A DNA stretch of 63,522 nucleotides, the filler included, from Octopus bimaculoides (lineage: Eukaryota), in assembly GCF_001194135.2 (NCBI RefSeq). It is 6 parts of 6 records of this genome, joined end to end, with 100 filler letters (N's around TTAATTAATTAA, not from the genome) between each part and the next. Parts side by side here need not be neighbours in the genome. Positions count along the whole stretch, not along the records: positions 1 to 27,475 come from NC_068988.1; 5 more parts are not named here. One strand, given 5' to 3'. Under the pieces are notes generated by a model. That model made no database searches, was not told the DNA's origin, and saw only the letters and a list, made by a program, of their open reading frames with translations. The number at the start of each line of letters is the position of its first letter. Positions within the stretch are counted from its first letter, which is position 1. This document shows positions 11,976 through 22,669 of this stretch, piece by piece. The translations under genes and the position numbers were made by a program.

Positions 11976-12021
11976 AACACAACGTTTCGGCTGATATGCC
12001 CTCCAGCCTTCATCAGGTGTC
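11976..12021 (-). ncRNA. Minimal type I hammerhead ribozyme motif
   Basis: GACAC-CTGATGA-A-GGCTG-GAGGGCATAT-CAGCC-GAAAC-GTT-GTGTT: stem I GACAC/GTGTT, stem II GGCTG/CAGCC, palindromic ACGT stem III, GUU triplet. Architecture of PLE-associated minimal hammerheads; activity not shown. Confidence 0.8.
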
Positions 12022-12085
12022 TTGGCGAAATTTCAAACCTGGGTTCTCATTCCTAAGGTATTTTTTGATGTTGTTGTTGTTGTTG

Positions 12086-12146
<61 letters not shown>

Positions 12147-12149
12147 CCA

Positions 12150-12222
12150 GGTCACTGCCTGGAATCAAACTCTGAATCTTGGGGTTAGTAGCTTGTGCTC
12201 TTAACCACTACGTCATATGCCC
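12150..12222 (-). promoter_or_regulatory. tRNA-derived Pol III internal promoter (A and B boxes) inside the PLE terminal module
   Basis: GGGCATA-TGACGTAGTGG (A box)-TTAAGAGCACAAG-CTACTAA (anticodon-loop-like)-CCCCAAGATTCA-GAGTTTGATTCC (B box; GTTCGATTCC in the 40905 copy). Confidence 0.7.
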
Positions 12223-12589
12223 ATAGGCAATTATGGAGTGAATTTTAGGGCTTATAAATCTAATATTTTCCTATTCTTCTTTAATACCGGTTCCCATATA
12301 CTACTCATATCTGCACTCAGTCTGCTTAGGAGGTTGTTGTGTCTTAGCATATGTGTTGCTTCTTTTAGTTTTCGTATTTTCCAGTGGTTTTCTCAGTCTA
12401 TTATTTTAACTTCATCCCACAGGAGGAGGTGGCCTCCATTTTTCCATATATTTTTCCTAATACAGGGCATGACTTTTTTGAACCCTATCTTCCTCTACCT
12501 CCTTATCCTCTTTATTATCTTCTTGGCTATCCTGTACGCAATTCTTGAACACCATACACCTTACTTTATCCTATAGCCGATCCTTAAAA

Positions 12590-14261
12590 TCCCACCTCAC
12601 TCTATCTTATGGTCCTGCACAGGCCAGGTTATCGCCTGGTTCTACCTGCTTCACAACAAAAACACTTCCTCTTTCCTACAATTTGACATCAATAATTACT
12701 ACACCTTTATATCACCTATCCTCCTTAAAATGCCCTTACCTTAGCTAAAAACTTAACAAATATAACCTCCTTAGAAAATGATGTAATTCAATCTGCCAGG
12801 CAGACTCTCATATCCTTCGATAATAAGCTTTGGTCCCACGCTAACCTCAACACCAAAAGAAGCAACTCCTTTGATGTAACCATGGGCTCATCTGACTCTG
12901 TTCAGGTCATGGATCTAGTTGGATTGTACCTTCTTCAACAGCTCTGCACACAATTCTCCCATATCAAAGGGGATTTATACAGGGGTGATGCATTGTTAAT
13001 GACAAAATCTGCATTAGAAAAACTAGAAAACACATAAATTCTTCACCAACTTTAACCAATCTATCTCTTTTGAAAACTCTTACAGGACAGCAAATTTTCT
13101 AGATGTTACTTTAGATTTAAACTCTTCACTATACTTTCCATACCATAAACCCAATCAATACCTTAAATACATCAACACAGAATCTAACCACCATAAATCT
13201 ACTTTTGGGGGCATAATCAAAGACATATCGATCAGAATATCCAATCTGTCCACCAATGAGGAAATTTTCAATAACTACACCAACTACTATAACCAAGCTC
13301 TAGCTGCTAGTGGTTTCACCCAGAAGATTAGACTTATACCCAACACTAGACTTAAGGAACACCTCTCGAGACTTAGCTCCAGACAAACTCGCACAAATAT
13401 TGGAAATCCAATCCCTCCTACTACAATCAGACAATCTCACCCACCTAGCACCCATATGCACAATACTCAATCTATGAACACTAATACGAAGATTAGACCT
13501 TCTAACTCTCCTCTAATACTCACTAGGAATTACACCTCCCCTAACTTACCTAATAAAAGCAGCGGGAGATCTGTTCTCTGGTATACACCTCCATTCGCTT
13601 TAAATGTTAAGGGCCTCACTGAAGCTTTCTTTAAAATAGTAGAATCCAATTTCCCACGTAACCATACGTACCATTGTATCTTTAACAGATCCACTTTGAA
13701 ATTATCCTTTTCATCTACACCAAATATAGAATCTATTATCACCTCATCTAATAATTGTAAACATAGCTCTTACTATCTAAATATATACAACCCTACCATA
13801 GACCTACACAATGAAAACATTAACACCGATTGCAATAACACATCTAATACCCCTGGCCTGACCACTTTAAACAACTTAAACATACATAATATAATCCCCA
13901 CCTCTGAGGGTAATGGGTGCACACTTGAAACCGATGCAAACACTGATAGGCACACGGATACCAACTATACTAATTATATTATAACCACTACAACTAATAA
14001 TACATATACTTCAACTACTAATAGGAATAGCAATAATATTAATACTAACTCCAGCAGCTATATTACCATTACTGAAAACAGTACTATTATTAACACTCCC
14101 ACCACAAACGCAACTATTAATAGCCACAATAATAACATCACTAATACCACCTCCTCTACCACTGCTAATACTAACACTGCTATCAATGATACTACTACTA
14201 CTGCTGCTGCTGCTACTTCTACTACCATTACTACCAATACTACGACCACTACTACCACAGG
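12590..14261 (+). mobile_element. Second Penelope-like element: decayed RT and thumb, endonuclease absent
   Basis: LWSCTGQVIAWFYLLHNKNTSSFLQFDINNYY, SFDVTMGSSDSVQVMDLVGLYLL, LYRGDAL (YRDDG motif), NFLDVTLDL, YHKPNQYLKYINTESNH, RSVLWYTPPF...NFPRNHTYHCIFNRSTLKLSFSSTPNIESII; then T/N-rich low complexity. Confidence 0.92.
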
Positions 14262-15635
14262 GCCATCTACCTGAAGGGGATTGTGTCTTGTCTAACTTCC
14301 TATTTATTAGGACTTTGGTTTTAGCTAGGTTGACTCTAAGGCCCATCGATTCTAGTTCCTGCTTCCACACCTGAAACTTCTCTTCTAGTTTTGATAGTGA
14401 CTCAGCAATTAGGGCAAGGTCATCAGCATACAGGAGCTCCCAGGGGCATCCTGTCTTGAATTCCTCCGTTATCGCCTGGAGGACAGGAGGGGGCTGAGGA
14501 CAGAACCTTGGTGGACCCCTACCTCTACCCAGAATTCTTCATTGTACTCATTGCCAACCCTCACCTTACTGACAGCGTCTCTGTACATGGCTCGCACAGC
14601 TCTCACTAACCACTCTTCTATCCCAAGTTTCCTCATTGACCACCAGATAAGGGATCGGGGGACCCTGTCAAAGGCTTTCTCTATATCAATGAAAGCCGGG
14701 TACAGAGGTTTATTCTTGGCTCAGTATTTCTCCTGCAGCTGTTTTANNNNNNNNNNNNNNNNNNNNNNNNNNNNNNNNNNNNNNNNNNNNNNNNNNNNNN
14801 NNNNNNNNNNNNNNNNNNNNNNNNNNNNNNNNNNNNNNNNNNNNNNNNNNNNNNNNNNNNNNNNNNNNNNNNNNNNNNNNNNNNNNNNNNNNNNNNNNNN
14901 NNNNNNNNNNNNNNNNNNNNNNNNNNNNNNNNNNNNNNNNNNNNNNNNNNNNNNNNNNNNNNNNNNNNNNNNNNNNNNNNNNNNNNNNNNNNNNNNNNNN
15001 NNNNNNNNNNNNNNNNNNNNNNNNNNNNNNNNNNNNNNNNNNNNNNNNNNNNNNNNNNNNNNNNNNNNNNNNNNNNNNNNNNNNNNNNNNNNNNNNNNNN
15101 NNNNNNNNNNNNNNNNNNNNNNNNNNNNNNNNNNNNNNNNNNNNNNNNNNNNNNNNNNNNNNNNNNNNNNNNNNNNNNNNNNNNNNNNNNNNNNNNNNNN
15201 NNNNNNNNNNNNNNNNNNNNNNNNNNNNNNNNNNNNNNNNNNNNNNNNNNNNNNNNNNNNNNNNNNNNNNNNNNNNNNNNNNNNNNNNNNNNNNNNNNNN
15301 NNNNNNNNNNNNNNNNNNNNGCATCTCTGCAGTGATTCCTGAAGGGCCAAGGGCTTTCCCTGTCTTCATACTCTTAATTGCTTTATCTACCATGGTACCG
15401 TCAACTCAGATAGCTTGTCCCTCTGTTGGGTCGGCATTCAGCAGGTACTCTTTCTCCCATTCATTCTCTTTATTGAGCAATCTTTTGTAGTGGCGTCTCC
15501 AAACCTCTTTCTTTGCAGCCTCATTTAGTGCAAACGTACCATCATCCATGCGAACACATTTCTCTCCCACAACATCACGATTCTCTCTCACACACTGTCT
15601 TGCAACACGAAATACTTCAAGTTTTTGGTCCTGCA
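14262..15635 (-). mobile_element. Second RTE LINE copy (RT region), 3'-truncated at the PLE, contains N gap
   Basis: RENRDVVGEKCVRMDDG, VWRRHYKRLLNKENEW, KAIKSMKTGKALGPSGITAEM, KTAAGEILSQE, GCPWELLYADDL, LRVNLAKTKVL, PSGRWPC at the junction. Confidence 0.93.
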
Positions 15636-15692
15636 ACATGAAATACTTCAAAAACTTACACGTCGCCGATATGATGTGTAAGTTTTAAAACA

Positions 15693-15906
15693 GAGTATGG
15701 AGACTTGTACATCCACAAAATTTATTTTATACTGATATGTAGCATTTTATAATGACCTACACTTGTTTCTGTTGGCATGACTACTCACTGTTGCAAATGC
15801 ATTTGCAACAGTGAGTAATCATACCAGCAGAAACATGTGTGGGTCATTATAATATGTTGTATATAACTATAAAATAAATTTTCTGGATGTACAAATCTCC
15901 ATTCTC
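15693..15906. repeat. 214-bp spacerless imperfect palindrome
   Basis: Two 107-bp arms centred on ...TTGCAAATG|CATTTGCAA... (15799/15800); about 14 mismatches, no indels (hand count). Confidence 0.95.
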
Positions 15907-16126
15907 TTTATTATTATTATCATTAATATATACTCCAGACAATTTTTACTGTCCAGCAAAGAGTATACAGAATTACCCATCGGAAGAATTCACGGAGTGG
16001 CTAACAACTAATTGTAGCCACATACGTTCGATACTGATCACTGTGGCTAACCGTTAACTGGAACTTGACTGAGAGCTAATACGATATCCGCTTGGATAAT
16101 ATCTCCCTCCAAATTCACCCATATTT

Positions 16127-16390
16127 GTGGAGGCGCGTGGCCTAGTGGTTAGGGTGTCAGCACCATGATCGTAAGATTGTGGTTTCAATTCCTGGACCGG
16201 GCGATGCATTGTGTTCTTGAGCAAAACACTTCATTTCACGTTGCTCCAGTCCACTTAGCTGGCAAAAATGAGTAACGCTGCGATGGACTGGCGTCCCATC
16301 CAGCGGGAAACACATATGCCATTGAAACCGGGAAACTGGGCTCATAAGCCTGGTTAGGCTTTAAAAGGGCGCATTTATTTATTTTATTTT
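16127..16390 (+). mobile_element. Full-length tRNA-headed SINE (MetaSINE-like) with target-site duplication
   Basis: A box TGGCCTAGTGG, B-box-like GGTTTCAATTCC, central GTTCTTGAGCAAAACACTT and GCGATGGACTGGCGTCCCATCCAG, (ATTT)n tail; AAATTCACCCAT on both sides (16111-16122, 16391-16402). Confidence 0.9.
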
Positions 16391-16909
16391 AAATTCACCC
16401 ATNNNNNNNNNNNNNNNNNNNNNNNNNNNNNNNNNNNNNNNNNNNNNNNNNNNNNNNNNNNNNNNNNNNNNNNNNNNNNNNNNNNNNNNNNNNNNNNNNN
16501 NNNNNNNNNNNNNNNNNNNNNNNNNNNNNNNNNNNNNNNNNNNNNNNNNNNNNNNNNNNNNNNNNNNNNNNNNNNNNNNNNNNNNNNNNNNNNNNNNNNN
16601 NNNNNNNNNNNNNNNNNNNNNNNNNNNNNNNNNNNNNTATATATAAAGATGACGAGTATTTTAAATACATACATTAATGTGTGTGTGTGTGTGTAAATAT
16701 ATATGCATGTATGGGTGTGTGTATGTGTTTTACTGTCTCCCTGAGGTAGGTTTTCTACAAACTATGCCCACCATATGACCAACCCTCATCTGATTCAAAA
16801 CAAGCTAATATTTTCCCATAGCCAGACATCTTTCCACAGACACTGCTTCTATGACATTGATACTCATTTACAAGCAACACATGATGTCAAGGTGAGGAGA
16901 TAGTAACAG

Positions 16910-17035
16910 ACATACACACACACACACTCATACACACACACACACTCATACACACACACACACTCATACACACACACACTCATACACACACACACACTCA
17001 TACACACACACACTCATACACACACACACACTCAC
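16910..17035. repeat. (CA)n-derived CACACACACTCATA tandem repeat
   Basis: Direct reading of about 7 units of 14-18 bp. Confidence 0.9.
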
Positions 17036-17965
17036 TATATATGTATTTAAAATGGTCGTCATCTTTACAATTTCTTGGTGTCAGGAACTTGATTCCATTA
17101 CATTTATGTGTATCAGCCTAGTTTTGACCTCAAAGAACGCTGACAAATAAGAGCTGGAATATAACTAGAGCTAAGAGTTTGTATGGTAAGTATTTTTCTC
17201 TTAACATTCCTTTCAGTCATCCTTTTCATTACTTTCAAAGAAACTTTGTCCTACATGACATTTTGGTCTCCACAACAGACAATCAGATCCATCAACGGGA
17301 CTCAATGAAACATCAGTATAAAAATTTTTAAGTGTTCACTTCCATTGATCCATGTACTGCCCACTCAGAGTTCCTATTGAACGTGTTCCACCTTCCAAAA
17401 CTACCTCTTTGGCAGTTACTGATCCAACATTCTTTAAATGTAGCTGTCGTGAGACCTAGAATTTCAACCCCATTCTCTAAATGGTCTTGAGAGTTGTGCC
17501 CTTTTCTCTAGTTATAAGCAATTTGGTGCTAAAAGTTTTTGCAGAGGTTGAGTGAAACCAGGAAACACACATATGACTTCTCCTCATTTGCAAGCCAGAC
17601 AAGAGCAGAGTTATAAGCAGTTCGGCACCGAAAATCTTCAGAGAGTTTGAGTACATCCAGGGAACACACATCTCACCTCTTGCCATAAGCAAGCCAGGGC
17701 AGAGCTTTAGCAAGATTTGTTGAACTAACATCTTCATGTCTCTAAGAAAACTAATGGCTGAGTAAATACAGTTAATTACATGTTATATCACTCTTGCCCA
17801 AAGCAAACCAGAAATGTGAGTAGATTTGGATAAATTCACATCTCAATTTTCATTCAAGACCAATTTGTTCCTGTCTTTAGAGTAAGCCATTGATGATTGT
17901 AGAATTTCAACACTATGAAAGTCAATCCTTATACCATGAGTCTCGCTACAGTGAATATCTGAAAA

Positions 17966-18008
<43 letters not shown>

Positions 18009-18399
18009 GTATGTACAGCCTTTCCTTAAATAAATATATTATAAAATATTTGCAAGTTTCATTGCTGTTTACAAAACATGCAACCCAGGATAATCCATAA
18101 TAATTTCATATCACAACCAGGCATAACCCATGATTAAACCAACACCTTTCACAACATAGCCAATCCAACCAACATAGCTGGTGATGTAACACTTCACCTT
18201 CAACCAGTTTGTGAGATCTTGATTGAAGAAAAGAAAAGAGAAGCATTACTAAATCAATGGTAACTTGATGGTGTAGTAAAAGTCTTGGCTTACGTCATTG
18301 ATATTGTTGTTTGATGAAAATGACCACACAATATATACTTTAATTGTAAAAGAGTTAAAAGATGAACTTAATAAACAGAACAATCCAAATTCTTAATAA

Positions 18400-19600
18400 A
18401 AGGCAGTTATTGGGGAAATCAAGTCAGAAACATAACAAAAGCTCTAAAATGTTCTGAATTAATGGGGAACTGACAAAGACAAAGAATCATGAAACCACAT
18501 AGTCAGGAACCAGTCAAGAGACTTCTTAGAAATACATCCAAAGATTCTGAATCTCACAAACAATGAGAACAACATTGATTAAACTATGAATGAAAATCTA
18601 CTTATAATACTAAAAGATGCTGTACTGGAGAGATAGTAGGAAGATTTCAAAAATTTACTAAATCATCCTTCAAATGTATTGCTTGAGTGTATTGGAAATG
18701 GCCAACACCAAATTGTTTCTCTGCACCTGAATATTCTACGCTCATTGCAACAGCCTCAAAAATATAAAACAAGTCTGCAGGACCAGATCAAGTTCCAGCA
18801 GAACTTATCAAACATGATGATTAAATCACACACAAACACACACACACAGATGGATTCATCACCTCATCCTCCATATCCGAGGACAAAGTCAAGAACCCAC
18901 ATATTTGATAAAGGTGTGAAAATCTGAACCTCTAACCACAAAATAATCAGTTTGAGATCATGAGTATGCCATTACAGTTTCATGTGATTAGTCTAGAAAC
19001 CGGCCAATCAACATGAAGCTGTGGCATGATATGCCTTCTCAAATATTCTAAAATTCTCTCCCTTTTACCCAAGTTAAACAGTTTGGTGCCTGACTCACAG
19101 AGGGACTGCTTTGCGTGTAAGGCACACTGAAGTTAGCTGCAATCAAGACAAGTCACAACATACCACAGCCAGCCTTCAACAAGACACAAAGTAGTTCTCT
19201 TTGCCAAGCTTTAATAATGCTCAGCATCTATTGTATCTGCATTTTACTTTTTCCAGATATCTAGTTTAAGCCTACATAGCAAGTCATTTTGATCGATAAA
19301 TATTGTTGAATGTTTATGAGTTTGGTTGTTTAATAATGCACACAGCCAGCCAGAACTACACAATGGTGTCCAACACATGCAACATAAGTAAATCCCCAAC
19401 AATGGTAATTCCAACAAGGAAAGGTCCCCAACAAGAAAAGGCCAGCAAAACAACAACAATGGTAACCCAACTCATCAATCACATCAAAACTCTCTGGTAT
19501 AGCAATAGACATGATACAGAAGGCAAGCAGACAGCAGTCTATCTAGAATAACATCTCTGATCACTGCAGTAAAGCTCAAAGGGGCAAATGCTGATAAGTT
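18400..19600 (+). mobile_element. Ancient RTE-type LINE relic
   Basis: KDAVLER**EDFKNLLNHPS (~18615-18675) and SAGPDQVPAELIKH (~18775-18815) resemble RTE ORF motifs; the C-terminal-like text near 19350-19550 is weaker. Confidence 0.55.
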
Positions 19601-19899
19601 GATCACTTTCATTACCACGACCCTGCTACCTTTTGATCAACAATGTTGAAGTTCTATTAATGGATTGGACACTCATTTCCATCCACAAAATTTTTGTCTG
19701 CATGATATAACAGTTAAAATCAACTTTTCATTGCTGAAGAACATTTTGTCTACCTTTAAATGCTTGATTTCTGTGTGAACTTTATCTGGAACCTTTCCGA
19801 GTTTGCAATAACAACCAGTATTTAATCTTTTCATACCCTTTCCATTTGAGTGATTCCAAATAACTTGCACTTAAATATGGCACCTTCACCTGTCATGTT

Positions 19900-20830
19900 G
19901 CTTTCTTCTGAAAATAGTGGTAGCCCAACTATTCAGGCTGCTTTATCCTTCACTCCCATTCTATTCACTGGGGATCCTCTAATTTGGTTTTCACACCTCA
20001 AAGCCAACTTTGCAGTGAACAAAATTTATTCAGCTATGTACCAGTTTCTTCAGTGTTCTGCTGCCTGCCTTAAGCAAAGAAGTCAAAGATTTGATTACAA
20101 ACACATCCAACTCAACATCTTATCTTGCACTGTACCGAGGATAACAGAATTACTGTATAATCATAAATGGAAAAATGAAACTATTTCTTTAACTCCAACA
20201 GAATTACAGTCTTTTAACAACATTAAAAAAAAATTAACTAGAATTATCTTGCAAGCCCATCTGATACCAGATGTACACCTCTCAATAAAGATGAATGCAT
20301 CTGATGTAGAAATAAGAGGAGTACTGCAACTGTTTGTTCAAGGTTTTTGACAACTTCTTTCTTTATTTTCAAAGTATTTCAAGATTTTGAGTGAAAGCAA
20401 GATACAGTACTTTCAGATGAGAGATGTCAGCAGCTTATTTTCAGTAAAGCAGTTTCACCATCTCTTGTAAGGAAGAACCTTCACTGTTTATACTGATCAT
20501 AAACCATTAACCTATGTGATACAATCCAAAACGGATCAATATTCCCCAAGAGATATTAGACACCTTGATTATATTTCACAATTTACAGTGAACATATGTC
20601 ATATCAAGAATGCTGATAATTCTACAGCAGACATATTATCCTGTATTTATAACAATACTTTGCACTCTGGTGATACTATTAATTTAAAAATTGCTATAGA
20701 TCAGAACAGCAACAAAGAATTATTGCAACTTCACAATTCAGAATCACTTTCTCCAGATTTTCGTTTATTACCCCTAGTCTAATGTTTCACAAATATGGTG
20801 TGATGTTTTAGATAGGATTTTCAAAACCTT
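19900..20830 (+). mobile_element. Ty3/Gypsy LTR-retrotransposon relic (gag start joined to RT end/RNase H)
   Basis: LFTGDPLIWFSHLKANF (gag PFW..DP.LWF); LQAHLIPDVHLSIKMNASDVEIRGVLQ, FTVYTDHKPLTY, DQYSPRDIRHLDYISQFTVNICHIKNADNSTADILS (Gypsy RNase H). Confidence 0.9.
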
Positions 20831-20889
20831 ATGCCCAGTAAAATCATAGACAGACTGGTTTAGACAGTTTGACTGAAGCTGGTAAGCCA

Positions 20890-21230
20890 GAGAACTGCAC
20901 TAGGCACCAGTCTGTTTTAGCTTGGTTTCTATGGCTTGATGCCCTTCCTAATGCCAACCACTCTAGAGAGTATACTGGGTGTCTTTTACATGTCACTAGC
21001 ACAGATGCCTTTCATGTGTACTTTTAGGTACTTTTTACATGTCACTGGCAGTGGCCATGATTTCACTTAGCATGACATGGCTTCTCATGTACAGCAAATC
21101 ACCAAAAGTCTAAGTCACTTGTCATGGCCTCTATGAGACTCAACAATCAAAGATCAGATTTCACTATCATGTCCCACATTTTCCTGGCCTACTTCTTCCA
21201 CAGGTTCCCTTCACAATTAGAGAGCAGCAC

Positions 21231-21232
<2 letters not shown>
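20890..21232 (-). mobile_element. RTE LINE 3' end fragment
   Basis: GGATGCCCTTCCTAATGCCAACCACTC 3' UTR motif and the end of the ORF (CGRSRPGKCGT*), as at 9880-10400. Confidence 0.8.
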
Positions 21233-21276
<44 letters not shown>

Positions 21277-21466
21277 NNNNNNNNNNNNNNNNNNNNNNNN
21301 NNNNNNNNNNNNNNNNNNNNNNNNNNNNNNNNNNNNNNNNNNNNNNNNNNNNNNNNNNNNNNNNNNNNNNNNNNNNNNNNNNNNNNNNNNNNNNNNNNNN
21401 NNNNNNNNNNNNNNNNNNNNNNNNNNNNNNNNNNNNNNNNNNNNNNNNNNNNNNNNNNNNNNNNNN

Positions 21467-21500
<34 letters not shown>

Positions 21501-21519
21501 CCACACATCTTCCACTAGA

Positions 21520-21740
21520 TCAATCTGCTAGGACTTTACTTTCATTCACCACAACAGCTGCAGGGCTAGAAGAGGCCTCATGGAAGGCCCTGCACCAGAT
21601 GGCTAGAGGAAGATCTCAAGAGACTAAACATCACCTTGGAGGATGCAGAGGTATTGGAACATGACTGCCAATGATGGCGAGCACTGGTGGACCTGGCTGG
21701 TTGTATGTATGATGATGCCTCTAGAACCACTAACCTGGGA
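21520..21740 (+). mobile_element. Old RTE-type LINE C-terminal fragment
   Basis: WLEEDLKRLNITLEDAEVLEHDCQ*WRALV resembles the RTE terminal helix motif. Confidence 0.55.
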
Positions 21741-22049
21741 TGACCCCAGCCCCATCAAACAAGTGCATGAAGCAAGTAAGAAAGCAGCAATCTAATACAC
21801 AACTGAAAGAGCTACAAATAATTTCATGCCTTTATGATACTTTAACTTGGCATATTTATAAAATATTCCATTTATCTCCAAGCAATCTTTCAGGATCTGT
21901 TTATGCATTATATGTATTTTAAAACAAGGATGCTGGACAGTGAGAAAATAAGAAAAAAAGGGAAAAAACGTGAAGAAGGGTGATGCAAAAAATGGAATGA
22001 GAAGAAAAACATGAAAGCAAGAAAACTAAGATCCACATCCTCCATGATT

Positions 22050-22200
22050 TTAGTTTTTGTCTACAAAACCTACTCAAAAGGATTTTGGTCACCCTAGGGC
22101 CATAGCAGAAGACACTTCCCCAAAGTACCACAGAGTGGTATTGAACCATGAGTTATTAGATTGGAAGCAAACTTTCTAAACAGTGGGTCATATTTGTGCC
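22050..22200 (-). mobile_element. Degenerate CORE-type SINE head
   Basis: GGCCATAGCAGAAGACACTTCCCCAAAGTACCACAGAGTGG matches the reverse-complement head. Confidence 0.7.
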
Positions 22201-22339
22201 TATATGGTATCATATATAAGTATATATAGTCATATTAGTCACATATATATGCCTGCATGTTATGCACATACACAAACATAAGTATGTGTATGTGTTTGAG
22301 TGAGTGTGCATGTGTGTGAGTGTGTGCATGCATGCGTGT

Positions 22340-22385
<46 letters not shown>

Positions 22386-22669
22386 TGTTAGCTTCTACTA
22401 TTTGCAATATCCTAGTCAATGACATAATGCTAAGAATCCTTACAAGAGGGCATTATAGTGAAATCATAAACTTTCTTAATTAGCAAACTCTAATTAGTGT
22501 TTACAGTTAATTCTTCATCAGTTTGGAGGATGTTAGTCAAGAGGGAGAGAGAAATTTTGCACATCCTCAGCACAAAGGCAAAATTGTCTAATATTACTAT
22601 AGCAAACATATAGTTTTGGCTTCTATTGAGTTTTCTTAATAAGTTAACTGGTGATAATATTATACCAAC

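Larger units (their letters stand above)
11900..12452 (-). mobile_element. 3' end of a Penelope/Poseidon-type element: GIY-YIG C-terminus plus terminal module (tRNA-like head, (AAT)n, hammerhead)
   Basis: Minus strand IWKNGGHLLLWDEVKIID*..HWKIRKLKEATHMLRHNNLLSRLSADMSSIWEPVLKKNRKILDL* (stop 12252-12254), like the H..W..VKILD.E..W..RK.KEA.HI end of Penelope endonucleases; followed by a module also found at 40902-41199 and 61838-61947. Confidence 0.85.

Noticed and set aside
12150-12222. Functional tRNA gene (also SINE heads at 16127, 40905, 59232)
   Set aside because: Acceptor and T stems do not pair properly and each runs directly into a repeat body.
17136-17185. Plus-strand exon ending TG|GTAAGT
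   Set aside because: Weak acceptor, one short open frame with no recognisable motif.
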